From Diadema antillarum (lineage: Eukaryota): a DNA stretch of 64,000 bases. The notes under the pieces are model-generated. The model had not been told where the DNA came from, did not search any database, and saw only the letters and a program-made list of their open reading frames with translations. The stretch covers positions 3,534,001-3,598,000 of the forward strand of contig NW_027270949.1 of the NCBI RefSeq assembly GCF_040938485.1, given 5' to 3'. The translations under genes and the position numbers were made by a program. Shown piece by piece: positions 10,401-19,707 of the stretch; the stretch's first letter is position 1, and each line of letters starts with the position of its first letter.

Positions 10401-12208
10401 ACATACGAAGACTTAAGACAGAACAAGAGACATCTCCATTCTTCAAACCGATCTATGACTTTCTAGCCCACGACATATTACCTAGTGACAAAAAGGCAGC
10501 GAAAACAATTCAGCTGAAAGCTGAGCAATACATCCTATGTGATGGTGTATTATTCCGCCTTTTCTTTGACAAGACTGACGACTTTAAACTACAACTTGCT
10601 GTACCAGAATCACTGACTGATGTTATCATTTCACAATACCATGACAACCTACTTAGCAACCACCAAGGAACAATGCGCACTTACTTGACAATACGACGTA
10701 ATTACTATATGCCACAGATGTTTGACAGGGTACAAAACTATGTCAAAGCTTGCCTGAGATGCCAACAGTTCCGTGGCAAACCAGACAAGTTACGCCCATT
10801 CCACACTCGTGTACCCGACTCCTATCGACCCTTTGACAGAATAAGCCTTGACTTTAAGACCATGCCTACCTCGGCAACTGGTTTTAGACATTTGATGGTC
10901 ATTTGTGACGAGATAACCCGCTTTGTTATTTGTGCCCCACTTCGCACTCTCGATGCCGAAACAATTTGTGAGGCATTGATACAAAAGGTTATCTGCATTT
11001 TCGGACCCCCTTCCTGCCTTGTGACTGACGCAGCAGCCGCTCTCACAGGCAAACTACTGACTACACTGTGTACCGCCCTGAACATTGATAGGAAAGTGAT
11101 TAGTGTTGCAAACCACGGCAGCTTACAAGTTGAACGCCACATTCGAACACTCTCTGACTTCCTCAAGGTGAACCTGAACCAATTTGGAACAGATTGGGTT
11201 CGGTTTATTCCCACTACTTGCTATGCCTACAACTCATTCTCTTCCCCTCATCTAGGTGACCACTGCCCTTACCAACTTGTATTTGGACGAGACCCCCCAC
11301 CCATGACTAACTTGACCTTCAACCCAATGTCTGGTCTGACCCAGACTTATGACGAATATGTTTCCCATCTCAAACGGAAATTTGACCAGATCTCTCACAC
11401 GATGCTTTCGCTCCAAAGGCGAACTCAAGACAAGCAGAATGTCGCCATTACAAATAAACTACGACAAACTCCTATTTATTCAGTAGGCCAGCTAGTCTAT
11501 TTGTACAAGCCAACTTCTTCCTCCCTCACTGCAAACTCGAGAAAGATTGCAGCTGCTTGGGTCGGACCTTTAGTTGTGCATGAAGTGCTCGATAGAACCC
11601 ACTTCATTCTCTCCACTCTCAAAGGTGAAATTCTGCGAGATGTCTTTAACTACAACAGGTTGAAACCCTGTTTCATGAAAGCATCGGATGAGAGGAAACC
11701 CATCACCCACCTCCAGCGACTGAAAGAGGCACTTGGAAAGACAGTGACCCCTGGAGACGGTGAGACCTCTGACAAACCATCAGTAAATTTTATTGATGAG
11801 CATGACCACACCCCTCCTGAATGCACTGCTGATCACATCATGTGCTTTCAGACGACAGACCCAATCCAAACATCTGACTATGTGACATCCATCACCCCTA
11901 ACAACGGAATAGCCGCCCCAACCCCCCTACGACAAACTGACCTTGAACGACAATTTGACCTTCTAACAACTGCCCCTTCTGACAATGACATAACCCTACA
12001 CCGAGGACGATTTAAGAACGGGCAATTGCAAGTACTGACTTCATTCATTAGGACTCCGACTGACGGTAATAACCCCAAAGAGGTTAGATTTTGGTGGAAC
12101 ATAGGACTGTATACAGACACAAGTAACTTGATAAGACAAATTCTGATTGAAAGAATCATTCCTGTCACGGGAACACCAAAGAAATATATGAAACGATTAT
12201 ACACATAA
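7409..12208 (+). CDS. pol: Pol (PR-RT-RNase H-IN plus C-terminal extension), entered by -1 frameshift from gag
   Basis: The frame is open upstream of the track start at 7619 and includes protease FILFDSGAT. RT VVTDFRYLN, VIDLKSAF, AHHDD, YMGH; RNase H YSDTS, TELEL, VDH, LADFLSR; integrase HHCC and D(SLDF)-D(VTDA)-E(QVER). Confidence 0.95.
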   Translation, partial: GFSLREENRSALYSTSQNEHLRPRDGQKLKSTYLGTEDVDLQLTSNNFVKGRIDSGKHIFILFDSGATKTLISDRYVKSTPHLSNLKRQSVTPTRFKLGNGQFLEARTAIKFRVTIQGYKFEISALVVENLVGVDLILGNNTLSDVDGTLTFRDHRFKIKRRRIPFSPTSKVKIEPFESRLMTLQGHTPAHLRNSDVILTSNDYLSRHCPSTMVVKLTKGATQIIVTNTTDRPLHFSKGRAIAFLDTTNPVRVTEPLPVDNITMTLTDNTHALYSTQLDTADSNLDNQTRQANLDKYPHLDPNDPIANMTEDQIIRAHIDLKDSVLSPSEKNELIQILKDNRPAFSLYGELSSCPNFEVDIHLTNDEPFFIRPYFATEPDKRQIEKELTKLVKLGILEVGHQAYTSPVLLIAKKDKTEKRVVTDFRYLNSRIRRINHPFPLLTETLKRIGHAKTKVMSVIDLKSAFHCIPLSKQAQQYTGIASYHGGKHYYYKRLAQGLNISPGLFQAKIDNILGTIPNSRNFCIAHHDDIILFSPDKTSHKLHLTKVLQALSDNGLKISPKKCKLFTNDVDYMGHRITINSDGEACFRPLNNRCASIHNITRPKTPRQVRRLIGAVNYVAGFFPNIQSILKPLHQLTRKKKKFKWTDEHERAFNKIKDLMTKPPILHMPTNTGRFTLYSDTSRTATGSYLTQIINGHERVIGYYSKVLPDACQRYSVTELELFGLLINITAFKHLLRGCEFNAFVDHSSIVQILKSKDEPSTTRLQKLILKLSEYSFKIAYKKGTELVLADFLSRIPSDKHAEIDHVVPISFSLVDNHDLDHLNPIQPAERPVTRAFAKKMGISVPNLHPDRPKTNNHNNIDTDTAPPPEPIITPAPNNNTPHSHEPANQRSALDTPPDLPPTTTHFAPHDHNRPHTQKPTPNAPKQTEPRLVDKQNESPCTQTYRDVPPDLFTAPKPLISNVEQIVAPHIPKQHDIDKVLDLIKRKIIRDYNLPIDIRRLKTEQETSPFFKPIYDFLAHDILPSDKKAAKTIQLKAEQYILCDGVLFRLFFDKTDDFKLQLAVPESLTDVIISQYHDNLLSNHQGTMRTYLTIRRNYYMPQMFDRVQNYVKACLRCQQFRGKPDKLRPFHTRVPDSYRPFDRISLDFKTMPTSATGFRHLMVICDEITRFVICAPLRTLDAETICEALIQKVICIFGPPSCLVTDAAAALTGKLLTTLCTALNIDRKVISVANHGSLQVERHIRTLSDFLKVNLNQFGTDWVRFIPTTCYAYNSFSSPHLGDHCPYQLVFGRDPPPMTNLTFNPMSGLTQTYDEYVSHLKRKFDQISHTMLSLQRRTQDKQNVAITNKLRQTPIYSVGQLVYLYKPTSSSLTANSRKIAAAWVGPLVVHEVLDRTHFILSTLKGEILRDVFNYNRLKPCFMKASDERKPITHLQRLKEALGKTVTPGDGETSDKPSVNFIDEHDHTPPECTADHIMCFQTTDPIQTSDYVTSITPNNGIAAPTPLRQTDLERQFDLLTTAPSDNDITLHRGRFKNGQLQVLTSFIRTPTDGNNPKEVRFWWNIGLYTDTSNLIRQILIERIIPVTGTPKKYMKRLYT

Positions 12209-13179
12209 TTTTCTTGATAAGCTTTATAAGTCTAAAGCTGTATATGATATATTTCTTTGTCATTTTATGATTTGTTGTATTTGTTGCTGAAGTAATATAC
12301 GTAACTTTCACATTATTAATCTCATTGCCAAAATAATGAGAATATAAGCTTTGGAATCCCTTTTCAAGGCTGTGTAATTGCATGTTATATTATTGTATCA
12401 AATTAATTGTCTTGACACTGATTGGAGAAATTTGAGTTTAAACTCGTTTTTAATAAACAGACTTGAAAGTGTCTGTTCTTTCGCTTACTTCTATTGTTAT
12501 CAATTTGGAGAAATTTACTTTCTTATCGAGTGAGGTTTGAGAGTCATATTCTTCTGTGTACATCCTTCACTGAAGTGATAATTCCTAATAGGCCGCACAG
12601 ATAGCTCTCATACCTCGAGCGCACTCGTTACCTCTCCGCTGATACTCAATTAGATGCTTGGAAATTAGCGTCTGCGAGAATGACTCAAATTCTTGATTAT
12701 GATTTGATATACTTGTAGTATTAATTTTCGCTGATATTTCCTGATTTGCTCTTTTAATCATGAATTCCTATTCATGCATATTTTGTGCTGATTTAATTTT
12801 CCTTGTTTGATAATTGAGCATATTGAAGTTATAAATTATAGTCATTGCTCAGTTGTTATTTTTATGGTTGAAGAAATTGACCATTTTAGGATAATTATGT
12901 TGAAGAATATTGCATTAGTTTTGGTTACTTTATTCACTGTATCTCATTGTAAATAGATCACCATTATGTTATTTAAATGTGTGAGAGTGAATGTGTGAAA
13001 GTGATAGTGGGACAGTAATGATTTGAGTTCCACTACCTACCATTCATTTGTTTTTATTTATAATATCTATCATTTTGTTTTTCAACATTCAGATTCTGGA
13101 AATTCCAGAAACCTCTCTATGTTCTGATTTGTTCGTAATATTTTGACCCCCCCCCCCCCCCCGAGCCTTGTTTCCTAAC

Positions 13180-13188
13180 AAAAGGGGA
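13180..13188 (+). promoter_or_regulatory. Polypurine tract
   Basis: AAAAGGGGA directly before the TG of the 3' LTR. Confidence 0.9.
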
Positions 13189-13888
13189 TGTAATGTATAT
13201 TTAGGATATTTTGGGATAACTTCCTGTTCATTAACAACTCAACTTAAATTCCCTTGTTTTTGTAAACTCACCTCAGAATATAACACCAAGATTATTTACT
13301 ATTAATTTCCTGTCTTTAATTACCCTTGCTTGATGTTTACATCAAGGAGTCATTCAATCACCCTTGTAACAACTCTTCTTTGTCCCTGGTTTAATTACCC
13401 AAAGATTATATACACACACCTTGTGAACCACCAGACTCTTTGTCTGCCCCTTATCTTATAATACTTCCTCCTCCACAAAAGAATCCCCCTCTTTTGATTG
13501 GTCAAACATCACCCCTTAGGACAACCCCTTTGGTCACTCTTTTTAGTTATCCCTTTTTGATTGGTTGTCTTACCAAAATTCTCACCCATCACCCATTGAA
13601 CATTTCCAAGTTTGGTGTTCTTTCCAAGGCCCCAAGAGAGATCATGATTTCGACATCAGAGAGTCAACCTCTACTTGATATTGCTCTCTCTCCTGCATCT
13701 TGGTACTTCTATATTTTACTCTGATGTACATACTCGTCATTTAACTTGTCATTGAACTTCATCATGATATTTCTGAACGATTGGGAATAAACACTTTGCA
13801 TCGATGAAATGTACCACAACTGTACCTGAGCTCCTTCATTTCTGCTTCATAATAATATTCCAAATGTAACACCACCCGTTACATTACA
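13189..13888 (+). repeat. 3' LTR (700 bp)
   Basis: Direct repeat of 4679-5379, with A4 instead of A5 in TACCAAAA(A)TT. Confidence 0.97.
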
Positions 13889-14479
13889 TTACACTCCGAT
13901 ACACTTACCTTTTCATGCCTTTCCTACACTAAAGAAATCATCCAATCATCATGCTTAAATATAGCCCTATTGAAACTCTACACAATATGTCTAGCCATCG
14001 TCTAGACTGCTGTTACATAACATCTTTACTCATGAACTTATGAACAATAAACTACAACCAACACCCTAGTGACACTGACATAGCTGAGTCTCGACTGAGC
14101 TAGAGAACATTCCTAGCCACCACCTGGATGGGAGCTATTACATAACACCTCTATTCACTCAATTTCTATAGTCTGAGTTAATACATAATATTACAAACCG
14201 GGGATGCTGTTGCCATGCTATTTCTTTAACTTTTGCTTTGTCTCATTTCATGGGACTGCCCTGTCTGACTTTGACTGATCTAGACATGCTGTTGCTATGC
14301 CAGTTTATTCTTTAACTTTTACTTTGTCTCATTTAATATAAATTTCCAGACAATCAATCTCTTGCAGTTTGACCTAGTGGCTTTCTAGGACAACTTTAAA
14401 GCTCTAAATCTTTTGCAAACTCAAACAAATTCGATTTCACTTCACTGGCAAAATCAAAGATAAATTTCTCTCCTGACAG

Positions 14480-14690
14480 ACGTGAAATGGAGGTCCAGTG
14501 TGGGGTAGAGTCACATCTCAAAAGGACACGCTTTATTCATTCATCCTAAAGAGCATAGTGATAAACAGGCGAAGTGGTCCCACCTCACATCCAACTCACA
14601 CTGCACCCCATGGAAGACTCAGCTAGTGTAGCCGCTGAATGTGTAGACTATATCCAGTTCTCTTCTCAGATGGAAATGAAACAAACGAAC
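14480..14690 (+). mobile_element. SINE-like dispersed repeat fragment
   Basis: Shares AAAGAGCA..GTGA, CCCCATGG.AGAC, GCTGAAT and CTC.TCAGATGGAAA.TGAAA blocks, in order, with 35748-35905, the tail of a repeat that has a Pol III B-box. Confidence 0.55.
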
Positions 14691-14905
14691 TTTACATATA
14701 TTTACACTTGTATACCGTTAGTATAATATTGAGTGATAAAAATTCACAGCGATCACAGAACATTAATGATAAGAAAGCTTTTATGCTGGTTTATCTTGAA
14801 CAGCCCTCCATTCCACCACATTTTATCGACACAAACACACAATACCATTTGAATAACGGATAAAACAGCATTTCCTATCGTGTTGTATTTTTTTTTCTCA
14901 CATAG

Positions 14906-14983
14906 TTACTTCATGATACGACCACCTTCGCCACTCTCAATCTATCCTGATATATTTGACGGTTTGGACAACTTGAACGCGAT
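14906..14983 (+). CDS. Gene 1 (GRL101/LGR-like GPCR): last LRR exon
   Basis: tttctcacatAG / GTAAGA boundaries, 78 bp, phase 2-2, YFMIRPPSPLSIYPDIFDGLDNLNA. Paralogous to 56898-56975. Confidence 0.85.
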
Positions 14984-16412
14984 GTAAGATTTTTCTCTCT
15001 TTTTTTATACAACTTTGCATTTCCTTGCTTGGAAGAACATAGTGTCCCAAAGTGTGAAACGCAATGTTAAATAAACACATTGTGAACACAGTGTGAAATC
15101 TCTTCACGCTGTTAAATTTGAGTGTTTTAACAATGTGATCACATTGTGAAACATCACATTTCAATGTGAAGCAGCACATTGTCATGTAAACACTTTGTTT
15201 AAAAAAAAACACAAAATAAGGGTGTAAAATCATCTTTACACCGTTAAAATCGAGCGTTTTCACATAGCCAATATGTGAACATATTTTGAGCACATTGTGA
15301 GTCACCCGTATTCTTTCCAGCAGTCGGTTTCAGCGAGTTTGAATGATCACAGTGTTGTATAATAAACCTTTAATTGATTTCATCTAGATTCCGTTTTGTT
15401 TGTTATCGGTTCTGCTTTGATTAGAGACAGCACATTTTGTCACCATTGATTAGTTAGCGCTATAAGTTCTCATCATGGTCATACGCAGGCACTGGCAGGG
15501 GGTGGGGGTGGCCAGGGGGAAGGGGGAGGGAGGCAGGAGCTGGAGGAAGATGGAAAAGAGGTAAAGAGATAACGGATCCTACTATTAAGACATACATGAT
15601 GCATTCAGCCAAGTGGGAAGAGGATATTCCCCTCTCACCCGCTCCCCATTTCGGTCGACTTTCGGAGACTAATAGTGATACAGTGAGGCACTCACTACAC
15701 AAGAGATAACATAAACCGGGATTTAGCCATACGCATTTTCTCTCCGTCATCTTTATTTTCGTAGCTCTAATATCACGAAAAGGTTTCCAACATTTAGCAC
15801 CCGATATTTGCAAGAATGCAAATGCTCCCTATTATGGGAGGATCTATACCCCGTCGACACCCTCCCAAAGTTCGGTCCACTTCCATAGTGCCATATTAGT
15901 ACACAAGTACAAACTGTAAGACGCACACGTAAAACAAGAGGTAAAGGATACCATGATTTAGTACCCCCCCCCCCCCGCCATATACTAATTCATCTGATTT
16001 GGGGGATTAACAACTTTCAAAATATTGTTGAATTTCAATTCTAAAAATGCGAAAGTTCCCTTGGGTGTGACGGGGGGGGGGGGGATATACCCGGTACCAC
16101 ACCCTCACCCGCTCGGTCGCTGCACTCCCATAACTATTGTTGGCGTGTTCATCCCGAATATCTGAATATCGAACGTATTCTTGCCCCCTTCACTCAGCAA
16201 AGTATCCTGTGTACATTTATGGTTTCAATTGTTCTTCTGGCTATATGATAGTTTTAACTTATGCTTACAGCAATATTTGGTTACACGTCAGACACATGAC
16301 TTGGTCGGATGTTCCTGTTACCTGCAGCCTCAGTTGGGTTTTTTAATGTTCATACATGGCTGTCGAGATATTAATGATTTGTGCTTGACATTACATTACG
16401 ATTTATTTTCAG

Positions 16413-17499
16413 TTACGCCTTCGACCCACGCATATGTTGCGTAGCTCCAGAGAAAGCTGTGTGCACTCTCCGTCTACCAGCCCACCCGCTCTTCACCTGC
16501 AGACTGACTTTTCTGCAGGATCTTCCCACTAAAATCTTCATCTGGATTCTTGGAATCAGCGCACTTATCGGAAACTCCTACGTAATAATCCAGCGACTGT
16601 TGGCCAAGGTTTCAAGAGATACGGCTAAAGTCCAGTCTATTCTAATTTTGAATCTTGCCATCTCTGACTTCCTGATGGGAATCTATCTCCTGATCCTAGC
16701 AATTATGGACATCGTCATTTCGGATTCCTACTTCTGGGAGGGGAGGGCCGAAGAGTGGCGAACCAGCAGCATTTGTCAGGCGGCGGGCTTCATCTCTGTA
16801 CTCAGCAGCGAGACGTCGGTTTTCTTGATTACCATCATCAGCCTCGATCGAGTAATTGCCGTTCTCTTTCCATTCAGTGAACGTCGCCTTAGTGTCAAAT
16901 CAGCTCACGTGGTAGTAGGAGCGACCTGGGGATTAGCCCTCCTCCTTAGCATCTTTGCTGCTGTACTGAATTATCTCAACCCCGACGCTTATGGACTGAG
17001 CGACGTGTGTGTAGGCCTGCCATTGATTCGCAAGAATTCTGGACTCATATCTGTGGTTGATGAAAACACACTCACAGAGATTGGTTTTGTGCTCCATAAG
17101 ACTGTTGCGGCGGCATCGGAGTCAACTTGGCTGTTTTCCATCGTCCTGTTCCTTGGAGTCAACTTCTTTTGTTTCTCCGTCGTACTCATCGCCTACATCA
17201 TCATCTTTATCTGGGTGCGGGTTACCAGGAACAAGGCGGGACGCAAAGACAGTGAAGGAGCTGAAATCAAGATGGCTGCTAAAATGTCACTCTTGGTCGG
17301 TACGGACTTCTTTTGCTGGATGCCCATCATCATTCTAGGAATACTAGTCCAGAGTAACATCGTCACACTCAGCTCGGACGTCTACGCCTGGCTAGTGGTC
17401 TTTGTCCTACCTATTAACTCATCAATTAACCCTTACCTGTACACAATCGTGGACGCCACGACCCGTAAACAGAAATTGAAAGGAAAAACCAGGCTGTAA
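16413..17499 (+). CDS. Gene 1: hinge plus 7TM terminal exon of a GRL101/LGR-type class A GPCR
   Basis: Acceptor ttattttcAG at 16411-12, phase 2. DPRICC hinge, LNLAISDFLMG, SLDRV, DFFCWMP and NSSINPYLY motifs. Stop at 17497-17499. Confidence 0.93.
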
Positions 17500-18996
17500 A
17501 AAATAATTTACCGCATTCTACTTCTATTTCTGTCATGTCTTTTACGAATGGAGAAAGTGGAGAAAATTTATGACTTCTTGGTGGGAACTGGTTTTCAGTC
17601 AGTCCCAACTAACGTCTTACGTGGAGTGAAAGTTCCGTTAAAGAATAACTAAAATAAAAAAAAGTGAAAAAAGAGCAAATAAGATGAATATGAAACAGAT
17701 GAATAGGACTACGTAAAACAATCACAAATGAGAAATCAAGATATTAAAATTAGTATCTAATATGTATGTATGATGCTAACTGTTGATTATGTACACTTGA
17801 AAGAAAAATCTAGCTATGTTATAGTTTGTAAACTTTATAGGAGCATCAAAACATGCAGTGTTATTTGGATGGTATCAAGCACCGCTCTGCATGTAAGGTG
17901 ACGAGAGTTGGAAGGAGAACGAAGTTGCGATTTGTTTTTCTCTTGATTTTGTCAAATTGTGATATACACGCCAGGTAGAATTATCCTCTTATCCACACAT
18001 CATCTTTCCAAAAGCAGTAGCGTACCAATTATGATCTAAGTTGCTAGAAACATAGGCATAAAGGTTAAAAAATTTGCTTTTTAGCACATTCCTAGAAGAT
18101 CTGTAAAAATTGTTGCACAATGCATACTACAGGTATATCTTTACGCTGTCACAGTTATTTGGCAGTACAGAGTGAAAAGCATACGCATTTTGATGTGTTT
18201 TGATGTTCAAGCTTTGAATTGTACAGCAAGGTCATTTCTCTCAAAATGCGCAAGAGATGTTTAAAGTGCATTACATCATGGAGTTGTATAGCAGCTGCGT
18301 GTTTACACGAGCAATTTCTCGTGATTTTTTGGTCGTAGATGTGAAATGTCAGTGGTACGTCACAAGTGAAAAAAAACAACAATAGCTTGATAACTGTGTA
18401 TTGTGTGTGGTCATGGATTTGACTGTAAGTCGTTGCACTATAAGATGAAAAAAGATAATAATATGTCATTTAGTGGAACATGTCAACTAAATTTACAATG
18501 CTCATCTAAGCAAGAAAATAATCAGAGGGGTGAAGGTTGAGGTGTGCATTTTCTTCAATTTTCTTCAATACTACTTCTTTACACTTTAATGCTGATTTTG
18601 TCGGCAATTACATTGAAAGTAATGTTTAATAACTAATCATCAAAAAGATGAGTCGGTCGTTTCAATTACATGCATGTTCTTCTTGATATTATGGAAAAGT
18701 CTATTGCCGTACTGTGATATTGTACTTTGATTTCTAATTTGTGGGTATAACTTAAGATTTTGAGTAAATCGGCAATGTGAATTGACATTAATTGGATCAA
18801 CTCAAGCATTCCTTACAATTATGTGACAGAATTTATATTTTCCAGTGCTTTGTTCAATTTGCAAAGCACTTTCTGCCTGGATAAATAATTATTTTTGTGT
18901 TGTTTGAAACGAAGCTGTATTGGATATTATGTAACAGAATTTCTTCTTTTCGACTGCTTAGATAAATGTGCACCATAAATGTGCACATGTGAATAA

Positions 18997-19048
18997 ATCA
19001 ACTTGTGTGCGTGTGTGTGTGTGTATGTGTGTGTGTGTGTGTGTGTGT
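18997..19048. repeat. (GT)n microsatellite
   Basis: Direct reading. Confidence 0.9.
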
Positions 19049-19331
19049 AAAACGAAGTTGTATTGTCATGATCACGAAGACTTGTACTATCGTATAATAA
19101 AGATGATACTATGAGTATTTATTGTCTTTATATTTATGAAGACAGAAATGTGGTTTCTTTTTCACTGAGAACATAGTTATGACACTGTGACAACGACAAA
19201 TATTTAGTCAAATACAATCGTTGACCACTTATATAATAATCTATTTGTACAGTTTAATGCACATATGCATACACACGTAAATACATGCAATTACTACTAT
19301 CACAATTGCTTGTAATCATATTATTGTCTTT

Positions 19332-19707
19332 AAATACTGTCCAGATGAAAATGTTCGTTAAGATGTCAGTTAAGATTGTTGAAAATTAAGATAATGAATA
19401 ATTAAGATTAAATCTTTAAATCTTAAATCTTTAAATCTTTAAATACTGTCCAGATGAAAATGTTCGTTAAGATGTCAGTTAAGATTGTTGAAATTTAAGA
19501 TAATGAATGATTAAGATTGAAAGTTAAGATAATGTTCTAACCGCTGACATAATGGAATCGTATTTCATGGCTTATTCTCATTATACAAAGGTGGTCCCTT
19601 CGATGAAAATGTTCGTTAAGATGTCAGTCAAGATTGTTGAAAATTAAGGTAATGAATAATGAATCGTATTCTATTGCTTAATTCTCATTATACAAAGGTG
19701 GTCCCTT
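19332..19707. repeat. Mosaic local tandem duplication
   Basis: GATGAAAATGTTCGTTAAGATGTCAGT.AAGATTGTTGAAA occurs 3 times and ATTCTCATTATACAAAGGTGGTCCCTT twice. Confidence 0.85.

Larger units (their letters stand above)
4679..13888 (+). mobile_element. Full-length, apparently intact Ty3/Gypsy LTR retrotransposon
   Basis: TG...CA LTRs at 4679-5379 and 13189-13888; 4-bp TSD TTAC (4675-4678, 13889-13892); PBS, PPT and uninterrupted gag and pol frames. Confidence 0.97.

Noticed and set aside
6674-12204. Minus-strand ORFs over gag and pol
   Set aside because: Shadow ORFs of codon-biased coding sequence.
12209-13188. env gene
   Set aside because: No long ORF or signal peptide/TM pattern in any frame.
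16381-16412. Track start of the 372-aa ORF (also 62444, 46152, 46769, 55213)
   Set aside because: These N-termini are intronic read-through upstream of clear AG acceptors.
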